Shown: positions 26,410-39,923 of the stretch, in pieces
How positions within the stretch are numbered: position 1 is the stretch's first letter
Layout: each line of letters opens with the position of its first letter
Origin: Marsupella aquatica
Taxonomy: Eukaryota > Plantae > Marchantiophyta
Assembly: GCA_973895155.1 (NCBI GenBank)
Contig: OZ316895.1
Coordinates: forward strand, 5,536,587-5,600,586
Direction of reading: 5' to 3'
DNA: 64,000 bases
Notes under the pieces: model-generated
The model's database searches: none
What the model was told of the DNA's origin: nothing
The model's input: only the letters and a program-made list of their open reading frames with translations
Made by a program: the position numbers and the translations under genes

Positions 26410-27793
26410 AATGTGAACTCAATTAATCAGTCCCTCGACCGAAATTCCAGCTCTTGTTCTTTCATTGATCAGCAAAACAGAACGATGCGGAAGAATTGGA
26501 ATGAAATTTCCAACAGGGTGTTGAAAGATATGCTCAGAAATCACTCGGGAACGCTCTGCTGTATTGAAGGTTCCGAATTCTGCTGATCGACTTTGGAGGC
26601 CGAGCCATCGCTCAGGAAACAGGCTCTTGAACGAATTAATTCGATTAATCAGTGCCCCGATTGAAATTCCAGCTCTTGTTCTTTCATTGATCATCAAAAC
26701 CGAACGATGCGGAATGAATCGCAGATAACAATGGAATGAAATTTCGACCAGGGTCTGATATGCTGAGAAATCACTCGGGAAAGCTCTACTGCATTGAAGG
26801 TTCCCAATTCTGCAACTCCGCTTTGAAGGCCGAGACATCTCTCAGGAAACAGGCTCTCGAATGAATGAACTCAATTCATCAGTCCCTCTACTGAAGTCCT
26901 AGCTCTTGTTCTTTCATTGATCAATGCGGAACGAATCCCATCACGATTGAATGGAATTTAAACCAGGTTGTTGATAGAAATACTGAGAAATCACTCGGGA
27001 ATGCTTTACTTTACAGAAGGGTCCCAATTGTGCCGTTCCACTTTGGAGGCCGAGACATCGCTCAGGAAACAGGCACCGTCGCTCAGGAAACAGGCTCTCG
27101 AAAGGACTAACTCAATCAATCAGTCCCTCGACTGAAATTCCAGCTCTTGTTCTTTCACTATCACCAAACGATGCGGAACGAATCGCAGATAAACATGAAT
27201 TGAGTTCGACCAAATTGTTGAAAGAAATACTGAGAAATCGCTCGGGAAAGGTCTAAGGTACTGAAGGTTCTAATTCTGCCGTTCCACTTTGAACGCCGAG
27301 ACTCTTCAGGAAACAGGCTCTCGAATGAATCAACTCAACTTATCAGTCCATCGACTGAAATTCCAGCTCTTGTTCGTTCATTGATGATCAAAGAACTATA
27401 CGGAACGAATCGCCGATAACGATAAAATGGAGTTTTGACCAGGTTGCTGAAAGAAATATTGAGATATCACTCGAGAAAGCTCAATTGTTTTGAAGGGTCC
27501 CAATTCTGGCGCTCCGCTTTGGAGGCCGAGACATCGCTCAGGAAACAGGCTCTCGAGAGAATGAACTCAATTAATAAGTCCCTCGACTGAACTTCCAGTT
27601 CTTGTTATGTCATTCGATCATCATAACCGAACGATGGGGAACCAATCGCAAATAACGATGGAATGGCATTTCGACCAGATTGCTGAACGAAATACTGAGA
27701 ATCACTCGGGAAAGCTTTGTTCTGAAGGCTGCCAATTCTGCCGCTCCAATTTGAAGGCCGTGACATCTTTCAGGAAACAGGCTCTCGAATGAA
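26410..27793. repeat. Tandem array, unit about 220-232 bp, 6 copies
   Basis: CAGGAAACAGGC recurs at 26613, 26843, 27063 (plus a 21-bp duplicate at 27084), 27307, 27539 and 27771. Copies share GAAATTCCAGCTCTTGTTCTTTCATTGATC and GAGAAATCACTCGGGAA blocks. Confidence 0.95.
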
Positions 27794-30170
27794 TGGTGGA
27801 TCGGGGATTGAGGTGGAAATTGTAGAGACAAGTAGTTGTCCGAGAAATTTCTGTACTAGTGAGTGACTGTACCAGAGCTACTTCGCCTGAAGACAGAGAG
27901 AGAGAGACATCGCTAAGGGAAAGCAAGTCTCCGATCTCGCTCGGATTTAGTGTGCCCGAGATGAATGGAAGAATCAGAGATTCAGGTTGAGGAACTTGGG
28001 GCCAGAGTGTTCGAATTTCGGTTTGATGTGCTGTTGATTTGATAGGCGTGTTCGACGGAGCCTCTGCGTGAGTCGAAGGATTTCTTTAATCGAAAGATCA
28101 GACACAAACGGGCGAGAGAGAAGAAACAGGGGTTGAGGCGAGTTGTTGAGGTCCAAAAGAGAAGGGGTGAGGTGAATGAGAGAAACTTGGACATCCCCGT
28201 GAATCCAAGGATTTCGTTCGAAGAATAGGTAAGGTGGACCCGGGCGGGAAGAGAGTTTGAGGCGAGGTGCACTTCGTAAGCTGCAGACAGGAGTCGGATC
28301 CCCAGCTCTTGTGTGTTGGATCGTTTTGATGGCCGCACCAGCTCATCCACTTTCGGTCTTCCAGGCCCTCCCGACTCATGAAGATAAATCTCATACGCAC
28401 AACGCTTGGAGTAATAAGATCCCAGACGACTGCATTGCTCTGTATCTCCACGGAGTATTTGAGTTGCCATGGCTCGATTATATTGGTTCTGCCCTTCATC
28501 AGTCCGAATCATTATTGTAACCGAAGCTGACCCCAAATGATCATCACTCATTCTACAGACATCACCTCCTCTGAAAGAAAGGCCGTAGAATAGACGCATG
28601 ACATGCTATCTTTGGTGAGCAGAAGTACTTACAGTCCGCATGAAGGAGTCCTCGACTCCCCAGCAGTCTGCGAGCCTGCGGTCCCCAGAATTGCTGCCGC
28701 CCATCGGACTCTCTGAACAGTAGCCAAACACAATTGAATTGTTTCATTATTTCACAGCATTTGAACAATATGATTAAGGTTCTTTATTTTCTTTTACACA
28801 TGAGCAGAATGAATAGATGCAGACCTAAAGCTCCACGCTATTCCAAGGTAATTGTTTTGACGAGCGGGTTTGACCCTGATACCGATTAGCCTGACGTGAC
28901 TCCTTTACCAAAACAGCAGATCCTAGATCAATGGTTTTGAGCTTCTGGGATCGGGAGAGTTACCATCAAAGAACTTCTGGGATCGGGACAATCGTCGGGA
29001 GCTTTTAGTGCCCCCGCTAGCGGGTCTAATTTCCTTAAACACTTGTTTAATGTGATTTGTGAAGTTCTCAAGTCGTGCTTGCATGAGTTGAGGAGCTGAA
29101 TTGCATGATTAGCTGATGCAAACAATGTATTCGAAACAAGGAAGAAGCGCTGGGAAAGGTACATTGAAGGGAAGGCCACTAAAAACTGTTAGAAGGCCCA
29201 GGAAAGCTCCAGAACCCAACGATCGAGGTCGTCAGCCCGCAAGTAAGTCTGCAACTAATTCAGTGTCCCGTGTATTACTGGACAAACATTAGTCGTTCCT
29301 CCAAGGTTCAAAGAGTGGCCGACTTGACCTGCAAAAGGCTGACTGCTTCTGTCTCCAACTTCATGTCATCTAGACAGAAAGTATGTGACTCCGACAATCC
29401 AAACAGTTGATCACCCAAATTGAGATCCGTATAACTGCCAGACCCTGTGATTTGTACTCATTCCTTTCAGGTTGATGGAAGCTTGCAATTAGTATGATCA
29501 TAAAGTTGCACATTTGGACACAGTTTGTTTTCACATTTGTACACTGTAATCGTGTCATTTGATATATGGACATCTAGTAATGTTGATGGTCCAAATTGGT
29601 TCTTGGGGCTGCTAATGTTTTCATACCAAACAAACCCTTCTCATCTACGATGATATGGTGTGCCGAGAGAGTCCACTGCTCACTCATCGCCGAAACTTTG
29701 CTCTTCCTGCTCCGCCTGTTCCCTCATCGTTCACTGTCCAAAGTCTTCACGACGACCGTAGAGTGCAATTATCAGTGTGGAGTAAGAAGCTAGGATTGCA
29801 GGTCCAGTTATTAGTTTAATGTCCAGGTAGGCAAATAGGCTTCAGACTGCTGCTGCTTTCGATCGAGGACTTCGAATTGGATTTCCAAGAGAACAGTGAA
29901 GTTAGGTGTGACAAGGACGGGCACGTAGCTTAATTGCTCACAGGCGCAGCGCTTGCCTCGTTCCATAACCATTTTTAAAGTCTTCTTCTCATGTCGTTAT
30001 TATGAGTTATTGAAAGATAACGATTAATCTTTTCCACAATTCAACGATACGATCGTAAGACAAGTTTGAGGGCGTACTTCAACACAATCTTCCTTTCTCC
30101 TAGCACAAATTACTGTTTTAACGGAATAAATATCTATTTGCATTGTCCTTCAACTGGAAGTATTTCAGGA

Positions 30171-30266
30171 CAGCCTGTTCACACTAATTCCTTTCAGGTG
30201 TTCCAATAGCCTGTTCACACTACTTCCTTTCAGGTGTTCCAATACCCTGTTCACACTCAATTCCTT
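30171..30266. repeat. 36-bp tandem repeat, about 2.7 copies
   Basis: AGCCTGTTCACACTA(A/C)TTCCTTTCAGGTGTTCCAAT is repeated. Confidence 0.85.
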
Positions 30267-30870
30267 CTGCTTTGCTGTTAACATGTTCGAGCTTTCCTTC
30301 GTTATACACAGAACTTACTTACGTACAGTGTGCAAAGTTTGTCTTTCGTCCTCGGATATACTCAAATTCGATCTTATTGTTATCTTAACAGCCTGCTGTA
30401 CATTCGGGAAGTGTGAATAACTGGGGAAGCAAAAACTAGGGAGGTGTTTTCGAGCACGCCTCTGTAGTTTTCAAGTCAACACATTCACGTGTTTTCAAGT
30501 CAACACATTCACGTTCATGACGCTCATCATTCAACATGTTCAGAAATATCAGCATTTCCCGGGACACTGAATATCTAGTCGTCCGAGAAACTAACAACAA
30601 TTTTCACTTTCATTATCATATTCTATTAAGTGCACATTGGAAAACAAGCAGACTGCAGAGGACACAAGAGGAGAGTAGATAATCGGTGTCCAAGCGACAT
30701 CTCTTTACTTAAGACATTTCGGACAATCTGAAGAAAGGACATTGTTTCATGTAATGCTCAAGAGCACATGAGCGGCAGCATCTCTAACTGCACTTCTTCT
30801 GGATGGATTGAAGTCGGCACGGTACACGGCGTCGAGGACAAAACTAATTTACAAGAATTAGGCTCTGCAT

Positions 30871-31840
30871 CTAAGATCCGGGGGTGAAGCTGGTGGCGTA
30901 GGCCCAGGCGTTGTTGACGACGGGGTCAGCCAAGTGGTCGGACAAGTTCTCGACGGGGCCCTTGCCGGTGACAATAGCCTGAACGAAGAATCCGAACATC
31001 GAGAACATGGCGAGCCTTCCATTCTTGAGCTCCTTCACCTTCAGCTCGGCGAAGGTGTCTGGGTCCTCAGCCAAGTTCAGGGGGTCGAACGATCCTCCGG
31101 GGTAGATGGGGTCGGTGATCTCACCCAACGGGCCTCCGGCCACTCTGTATCCCTCAATCGCTCCCATGAGAATAACCTGGCATGCCCAGATGGCGAGAAT
31201 GCTCTGAGCGTGGATGAGGCTAGAGTTACCCAAGTAGTCGAGTCCTCCCTCAGAGAAGATCTGTGATCCAGCCTTGAACCACACTGCCTCTCCGAATTTC
31301 ACGCCGTTCTTGGCCAGCAGCTCGGGGGTCACGCAGCCGAGAGCTCCCAACATAGCCCACCTGGCGTGGATCACCTCCAACTCCCGGTTCTTGGCGAAGG
31401 TCTCGGGGTCGGACGAGAGTCCGGCGGTGTCCCAGCCATAGTCACCTGGGTACTCTCCGGTCAAGTACGATGGGGTGGCTCCGGAGAAGGGGCCCAAGAA
31501 CTTGGGGCGGTCCTCACCGTACCTGCGGAAGCAATGCCATAGAATGTTCATTCCCCGATCAAAACCAAAATCACTCAAAACAATGCAACCACACAATGTG
31601 GCGAGACACATGACGCTGTGGTCGTATACTAGACAAGAATCAAATGTCGGAGTCATCGAAAGAGCAGAAATGCGAGAGCGATGAAGGCACTTACCAGATG
31701 CTGGTGGGGGTAGACTTGAGGGTCTTCCTCATGGTGACGCGGGACTCACCCACATTCACCTTCGCGGCGAGGGCGTTGCTGGAGAGGCCCAAGGCCTGTC
31801 CAGCAAGGCTGGTGGAAGCGCATGCGGTAGCGGCTGCCAT
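30871..31840 (-). CDS. Lhcb: Major LHCII chlorophyll a/b-binding protein (Lhcb1/2-like)
   Basis: Exon 1 (31840-31695) encodes the transit peptide [15 protein letters not shown]...MRKT...SIW. After intron 31694-31523, exon 2 (31522-30871) carries [36 protein letters not shown] and [12 protein letters not shown]. Confidence 0.98.
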
Positions 31841-31954
31841 TGTTGCTCGACTTCGACGAGAGAGAGAGAGCAACGAGAAGAAAGCTTCGAGCTGAACGGA
31901 GAGAAGTGCCGAACAGTGTGAGACGAGGAAATGTATTCGGAACGGTCTGTGTGG

Positions 31955-32305
31955 GACTATAGGTACGACGAGGGCAGTACTTATGACTCAAAGCCGTCGC
32001 CCAACAGGCACCACGGGCTTCGCTGCGGTGGAGGGCCCGGCCATGCGATTGGGCCAGATCCGCCACGTGCCGGGCGGGAGATCGGACGGGCCAATGGGAG
32101 CGCGCGGAAGAAGATGGCGAAGATGGCATTCGGACTAGAGAGAGTGGATTTTGTTTGGGTAAGGAGAGGGACAGAGGAGGGACTACCGTCGTCGAGTAGG
32201 CTAGATGGATGGATAGATAATCGGAGGGTGCTCTGCTGCTCTCTCACGGGCCCCCGCCTATCGCCACGCTCGTCTTCTCCAGTGCATGTAGAGGACGGGG
32301 ATAAG
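31955..32305 (-). promoter_or_regulatory. Light-responsive Lhcb promoter motifs
   Basis: G-box GCCACGTG (32062-32069), CCAAT motifs (about 32048 and 32091) and I-box GATAAG (32300-32305), all within 470 bp of the ATG. Confidence 0.55.
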
Positions 32306-32382
32306 CGAATGGATTGAGTTGTGGATTGATGCTCGGGACGACGGCCGTCGGGACCGCCGTAACTTTCGTCTATTTGCTCTTT

Positions 32383-32680
32383 GTCTCGACTGCAAGTTTT
32401 ATTGTGGGGTGGAACTGGATTGTTATTTTGGGTCTCGACTACAGTTTTCAAGTGTGGCGTAAAAGGGAATTGGATTTTTTTTGGGGGGTGGGTCTCGACT
32501 GCAGTTTTTATTGTCGAGTAAAAGGGAATTGGATTGTTTTTGTGGGTTTCGACTGCAGTTTTTAAGTTTCGAGTAAAAGGGAATAGGATTCGTTTGTTGG
32601 GTCTCGACTGCAGTTTTTATTAACAAGTAGAGCGGAATGGGATTGTTTTTTGGGGGCTCGAATGCACTATTTATTGTCCA
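32383..32680. repeat. Tandem repeat, unit about 50-60 bp, 6 copies
   Basis: GTCTCGACTGCAGTTTTTATTGTCGAGTAAAAGGGAATTGGATTG-like units at about 32384, 32433, 32493, 32547, 32602 and 32657. Confidence 0.9.
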
Positions 32681-34309
32681 GTAAAATGCAACTATTGTAC
32701 CATAGTTGGAACACTACCTCAATGGCTAGGAATCATATTCTTCTGGTCCTGATTTTAAATAATATAGAGGGAGTGACAACAAAAGCTTGAATCATCATTT
32801 TCTAGTTGGCTACAAGGACTGAAGGACGCTGGGCTCCTCACCTAAAAACAATGCCCAGAAGGACTGAAGGGTTTACTGTAAATCACAGATGGATTTTCAA
32901 AGCTTGGACCAGAGCTGGACCATGGCTGTTAAGAGCAGAAAAACATTCATCTATTTATTTTTCCTTGCCTGCAGTTTTGTTGTCAAGTAAAACAGAATTG
33001 AAATTGTGTGTTTTTGGTCTCTAATTCACTAATGATTGTCCAGTAAAATGCAACTATTGTACCGTGGTTAGAAACACTACCTCAATGCCCAAGCTTTGGT
33101 AGGAATCATATTTTTCCCATCTTGGTTGTCTATTTTAAATGGCATGACAACACAACTTTTCAAATCATCAATTTCTAGTTGGCTGCAATAAAATGTAGGA
33201 TGCTGGCCTCCTGATCAATTACAGAGTTTGTCCCAGTTTTTTGCAATCCTAACAGTTCCAATTAGGCGGGATAGGGCACTAGCTAGCTACCCAAAGGCCA
33301 TTATATTAGAGGCATGTCCTTACCCAGAGTCATGAAACAAAATGTTGAAAAATTAGAATCTCAATTAGAAAATATTCTATTGGAGGAGAAACTCATCATG
33401 CCTATTTCCAGTTGTAACCGTAACTGTATTTGTGTTCCTAGTGTCAAGTTCTAGAGGGTTCACACAATACAACAAGTGCTTATCCTAGCTTTTGATCTTG
33501 CCCTATTTGGTAGATTTGTGTGTTTATTTTTAGCTTTGAATGCACATTTTATTGTGGGGCAAAAGCCAAGGAGTTGGAAACATTTGAAGCGTATATATAT
33601 TTGGTCTCAAATGCATTTCTATTGTCCAGTATGACCCAAATAGATGTTAACATTTGCTTTTTTTGTTTGGAGTGTGCTTTTTGCTTTCCCAGTACAACAC
33701 AGACATCAAAGCCCAAATGGACTTGAACATTGTCTCTCACAACTCCCACACATAGGAGGATTAAGGTAGCTAGGGTTCCCAGAGGGGTGACCGTATACCT
33801 TGTAAAGGAAATATGGGAGGCCTTATTTGTGCCATCAAGACAGGTGTACGTTTATTGGGGATCACATCTCCAGCATCAATTTTAACTCACTTACAATGAG
33901 GCTGGAGTATGATTAAAGAGCATGCTCGGGATTTGATGGGCATCAATTTGGTAGTTATGGATCACGGACACAAAAAGTTATGGACAGGGTTATCGACGAT
34001 CAACTCATAGTCTATAACTTTTTCCATAAAGACAGGTCATATGCCATGACCATTAGTCCTTGTAGAGACTACTGAGAAAAACTTTTACATAACCTTGCGA
34101 AATAGTTATGATCATTCCTTTATGGCTTAAAACTATCATCCTTACTTTTGAAGCTTTGGGACGCCCTATTATAGTCGTACACGTGTTCTGACACATGTGA
34201 GGTAATGCTGGCTGTCTCTTGATGTAAAATGTTGTTCGTTTACAGCACCAGTCTATGAAAGACCGGAAATACACACCAGAGACAGTTAACTTCCCATGAG
34301 AGATGCCCA

Positions 34310-34440
34310 GAGAGGCATGGCTGTGTGGTAGCTCACTTAAGTAGTGACTCATAGGTCTTGGGTTCAAAAGTTGTGAGTGACTGATCCTTTTCCGCAGGGT
34401 TTCACAGATTTTCCCTAAAAAAAATTATATTAAAAAAAAA
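34310..34440 (+). mobile_element. Dispersed repeat with a tRNA/SINE-like head (copy 1)
   Basis: AGAGGCATG...GCTCACTT...GTCTTGGGTTCAA...GGTTTCACAGATTT is followed by an A-rich tail. A second copy lies at 63511-63620. Confidence 0.5.
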
Positions 34441-37400
34441 ACTCTCATGAGGGATAAAAGTTTACATCTGGAGAAGATTAAGTGGACCAGGAGCATAAAT
34501 GAACGCCCAATCTTAAACTGATTGTGTGAAAGGTTTGCTCAGTTCACACCTGATGGCTCATGAGAACCTGGTGAAAAATAGATGGGAGCAGCCACTAAGT
34601 AGTCTTGGTGACTTGATTTTGGGGCAATGTTTGGATTTGTAAGTGAAGGTTTCTAATGGGAAAGTTGATGCTCTGGATAACATGATCATAGGGTGAGAAT
34701 AATTCTTGTCAAAAAGCATGATCAATTCATGTCCAGTTGGTAAACATTTGGAAGGTTAAGGAGGGCAGATTGGACACCATGGCTTCTGTTTTGAGTGTTG
34801 TGTTGACTATTGGCTGGACGTTTACATTTGGAAGCCCAGAGAAAGGGACCATGTCTTCACAATTTCAGTGGATCGACTAGGATCAGACATGTGAGAATTT
34901 GAGGGAGAGACTGGGAAATCTCTTTTTGTGTTCTCAAAACTTTAACTTCTAAGTAGAAATGTTTCAAACGAGAAACATTAATACATTTATGGGTCCAGAT
35001 TTCAGACGAGAAACATTCATGTATATATTGTTTGATAAAGCAACTAGTTCTAAAATTTGTTTCTCAATCTTTTTGTTCCAAAAAATTGACAAGTTGAAGC
35101 TAATTTGTTCACTTGCCGCACTGAACGCATCCTTATAGCCCTAGAAACCAACATGTTTGTAGTGGGGATTCTACCTCTCTGAGAAGTCTTCACTCTTCCC
35201 ACCTGGCCACTGGTCTCATTAGCCAGATCCGACGATTATCCTTAAATCTACAAAAATTCCAACGGTCAGAAATGAACCTAGGAAAACTAGATGTAGAATA
35301 GTCCCAGTATCATCTTCTTTCACATGGTAACATTGCCACTCTACAGTAAATGCTTTGCGCTTTTTAGGGTGAGATCAGATTTTGGATCAGATTGGGATGT
35401 GTTTCGTCCACATTGGAAGGTTTTGACACCACCCCTCTTTACTCTATGGCCGACCAGAAGAATGGACCCACCAACGGCCGTCGGTGGTGAGATGCGACGC
35501 CGTCAGTGCGTTACTCCATCTCCTTTGTCTGCAGCACCATATCCACAGTTTTGCGCTTGGCTGAAAGCGGGAAATACGCTCTTATTCTGTTCGCTGGCAT
35601 AGTTTTTTCTTTGGCTGAGGGAGTGATGGGCCCCACCTCGCCCATCCCCACCCCATCACGTGGCGCGTTGTGGACCGTGATATTGTTTGTGGCCCTCTCG
35701 CATCCTAAGTTCTTTTTTCCTTTTTTTTCGTTTTTCTTTCTCTTTTTCATTTGTCTTTTTCTTTAGTTTGCTTTTCCTGTCTGCCGTCAACATACAAAGA
35801 AAAACCCCCAGTGGTCGGTTCTACAGAGAGACTCGGACGAACATGCTCCAACCAAAGTGTAGCAATTTTGTTTTTCATCTTTTTTTTCCCGGTTGTTTTA
35901 CAGCTTTTCCTGTCTGCTTTCAACATACAAAGAAAAGCCCCCATTCGTAGGTTCTAGAGACTCGGATGGACATGCTCAAAACCAGAGTGTAACAAAAATG
36001 GACATGCAAAAATTGTTGTGTAACGCAAACAAGAAAAGTTATCTGAAAGACAAGGTAAATAATGTTACAAGAGTATAGTTTAATGTTTTTATTGCACCAA
36101 TTGGGGTTATCTGAGTCCATCTGAGCATCTTGTCAAACCTTTGTGTTATCCTGGCTTTCCATTCTGTCAACACACACAAACAATGCAAGGATAGAGACAA
36201 AGGTTCACAGGTAAGGTCCTTCCTCAGCACACTGATGGCCATGGTATGTTTTCATACTTTTTGGGGGGGAACTTGCGAAGTAAATGTTACAAGGGGAGGC
36301 CCACAAGTGGGACGCTCCCAGATTTTTGTGGTCACTGAAGTGCCACTACAGTCCCAAACGATTGGACTCAAAACACAGTACACATCCAATGGCTTTGGGC
36401 AGCCAATAGCACTGTCCACATTGATTTCCCCGTTGACAAGAAAATCCGTTTAATTTCCAGCAAAAACAGGTGGAGGTACATTTGGTGGCCCCCCATGAGG
36501 ACAAAAGTTAAACTCAAGATTTCTTATGTCCTAAGAGAACCAGGAGAGGTACCATGGAGCCCCATGATGGGACAGATGTCATGACAAATTTTTTGGGTGA
36601 CACAACACCTGCCGTTGGACCCACACGGTGACCACTTGAACCCACTTCACAGAATTGCAGAGGTAACTAGGTTTGCCCAAATAATCATTAAATAGAAAAT
36701 TGGAGCCCAGCTTTGAATGTGACGCTCCAAAAAAGGTGGGTCTGAAACACAAGCCGGCAGTTTCAGGAAATAAGGAGTAGATTTAATTCCAGACATGTCA
36801 GCCTGAAAAACTTCACAGGAGGTGAAATGCCCCCAAAGAGAGTGTCTATTGCGGGCATAGGTCTTCATTATCCTTTGTAGAGGAGAGGTGGTTGGAGTTT
36901 GGGCATCTAGTCAAATTCTCTCGCTTGACCCTCCTATGCAGTTCACGCCTGAGCTTTATCAGGCTCTTCAATTTGCCACTGGGTAAACTTTAGGTTAGTG
37001 TGTCTTTGGTTTTCTTTGTGCTGGGCTTGTGGCTGATCTTTTTGGCTTTCTGGCCTTTTTCTTGTTTACCCTTGATTGGGTTTTTGGCCTGTGAGATCTT
37101 GTCTCCTGGTTCACCACCTCCTGCTTTTTGGCAGTTTAATATATATAGTAGACTGTCCACACATTTTTGGCTAGGTATGAGTGAAACATCCATAAAATTA
37201 GAAATTGTTTTGGCCAGGAACAATTAAAATGGCCACCCGGAAAGTTTGGAAGCCAGTCCAAAAAACTTTTTGAGGACCAAGTCACCACTACAGTATGTGA
37301 ATGTTGGAACCCAGGTTTGTGGATGACTGAAGCGTGAAATCAGTGTTATGTCACTAGTCTTCATTGTATGGTCATCGTCAACCACAAGTCACTATTAATA

Positions 37401-39923
37401 GTTGACTCCTGAAATCATGCGGCAAAAATAGCATCATTCTAGAGGACAGGGAAGTAGAAAGTGAACAATGGAGACTATGGATACTTCTCCCTTTGTTTTG
37501 ACCATTGGTGGTTCATATATTCCCTCGCTCCTTGCTAAGTGTATGAAATTTTGGGCCAGTACCTTCCAAAATAACAGGCCCCAAGTGATTGACCTCGAGA
37601 TTATTGGGAAGACTATCCAATTGCGTTTTTGTACGACTCACTAAACTCTGGTTCAAGAGACTAGCCTACAGTTGGTGACAAATCTGATTTTATTTTATTT
37701 TAGTTGCCCTTCTTCTTATTTAATCATTGATGAATCACTAAGCAGCGGTCTCTGGTACAAGAGCCGTTGTCTACAGTTTGTGACATATCTGATTTTATTA
37801 GGTGCCCTTCTCCTTTTTTAAACATTGATGAATTACTAAGAAGCTCCCCCATACATTTATGGCGAGAGTAGCCAGTTGATTGCTGATTTTGTCACTGATG
37901 TTTTTACAAGAACAGTAGAGCATGAACAACTTGTAGTAAAGAGATTGTAATTAGGGCTGTGGCCAAACCTTGCATTCATACTATTAAATACAATGAAAAC
38001 TATCATAACCAAAACGAAGATGAAAGGTATCGATGAACAAGAAAGTCGTCCCTGTTCATTGAAGGGCGGAGATTGTGTCCATGGTCAAAGATGGGTGAAA
38101 GCATATGGGCTACTCTTATGGTTCTGTCACATCCCATTTTCAAATACTTTACCAAGAAGTGGAAAGAACTGTAGTTTTAAGTGCAATCACCCAGAAGATG
38201 CAATTCCAACATTAGTGCAAACCATACATAAGTCCAGGATGAGTTATGCACTGTTTAGCTGGAAATCTAGAAAGCATACGCACAGGAAGTTTAAACAGCG
38301 CTCATAATCCTAACGTACTAGCTTTCTCGGGCATTTATATTCCATTAAGTTTTACTCGAGAAGCGACAGTGAGGAATATGAGGGCTGTCAAAACCTCGAG
38401 AAAAACTTTACTTCGTTTTCTGTGATTGTGGCCTGAATCCATTGACGATTACACACCCTCTATTCATATCGATTCAGCAGTAGGCATTGAGCAATCAACA
38501 ATTAAGTTCAATTGAAACCACTGTGTCGTAAAAACTCAGAAACTGATATTAAGGATTGCTAATCTTGGAGGAAGTTGGTGAAGTTGGAGCACATATAGCT
38601 AGAGTTTGCTAACTGTGGCTGCTCAAATTCAGTATGATCTGGAGAAACTCTTGTAAGACATGTGATGGCAATTCAAATCGAACCAACTCAACCACTCCAA
38701 AATAAGAAACGAAAGTGCAAAGCCAGAGCATGATAAATGAAACCAAAGAACAAAATGATGTCCCTTCAACGCGCACAGCAATCAATTCTGTTGATCGAGG
38801 GTAAGACGAGGAACTTTTCTTGCCAGATACATGGAGGACCAATGTTCTCGGTTTGGTGTCTCTTCAACACAACTAGTAGTCCATTTAAGAAGGTTGTATA
38901 AATATTGACGAGCTTCTTACTCTCCCGATTCTGGTGCTCCATTCGAAGTGTCTAATGTTTCGTCCACAGCTGAGAACTTGTCGTAGGCAATCAAAGGTCA
39001 ATCAATTAATTCTCTGGCATATATGATGGGCTTATTAATTCTCCCGTCGAAACCTCATAGTCCTTCACATAAATCACACCTAACCTAGTGATCAGCTATC
39101 CATTCTCGATGCATTGTGGGCTAAGTGCGAACCCATAGGGTGATTGAACAGCTTATGTACAATAACAAAAGCGATTGCTCACGAAACCTATGAGCAATAC
39201 AATTTGCTACATGCAATCCTAACCACATAGTTTGTGTCCACTCCAACGGAAACGATCCACAGGGGACATCAATCAAGACACTGGCTATGAAGTTAAGAGC
39301 CAGGAAGAGACATTTCTGACAAGCATCCAGCAAGGCAGGCACTAATTGTCCGGATAATGCCAGCATGATAAACGAGTACTTACTGAATGCATGATGATCG
39401 CACTCTGGCTTCTCAGATGATGCAAGAAGTCACCCTGAACGCATACCTGGCTTTCTCCCTCAAATCCAAAGGGAGAGAACACCTGCTTTGGCAAAACGAT
39501 GACTTGAGAATTTTTTTCCAGTGAATCCTCATGAGCTAGACAACACGCTTGAGAAGAGAATAAAAAATCGATCACAAAGCATAGGAAAGCGGTAGAGATC
39601 TCTCACTACAAACCGCATAAGATTAGAGAGGGGGCCATGTAGCGATGAAAATCCTGCCGAGCTCCTGGTACGTTTAGAATTTCACATAACATACATTGAG
39701 AATTTCACACAACGCTATGCTTCACACGTACGTGCATACTAGATTGCGGACAGCGCTATTAACATCTCAGTAACCGAATAACAAATTAGATTCCCTGTCA
39801 ACTCTTGGAAACAAACTACAGCAAAGTACAGGATAGGGTCAACTAACCTTCCTAACCTTCCTTTCCACTGGCAAGTAAAGTCACCTCCTCATGTGTGAAA
39901 CACAAATGTTATTGTGGCGATTA

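Noticed and set aside
26410-27793. Array as a hammerhead/retrozyme or CRISPR-like system
   Set aside because: CTGATGA appears on the minus strand in only one unit, with no properly placed GAAA. There are no unique spacers or cas genes, and the DNA is eukaryotic.
27982-28599. 205-aa minus-strand ORF
   Set aside because: No recognisable domain; most likely a shadow of decayed + strand coding sequence.
31523-31656. N-terminal extension of the 261-aa Lhcb ORF in the track
   Set aside because: It is intron sequence. The true exon 1 is at 31840-31695.
34320-34370. tRNA gene
   Set aside because: Only partial A/B-box similarity and no cloverleaf. It is part of a dispersed repeat.
35770-36000. About 133-bp tandem duplication (similar short duplications at 15748-15817, 37645-37845 and 59172-59236)
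   Set aside because: Ordinary local duplications with no sign of function.
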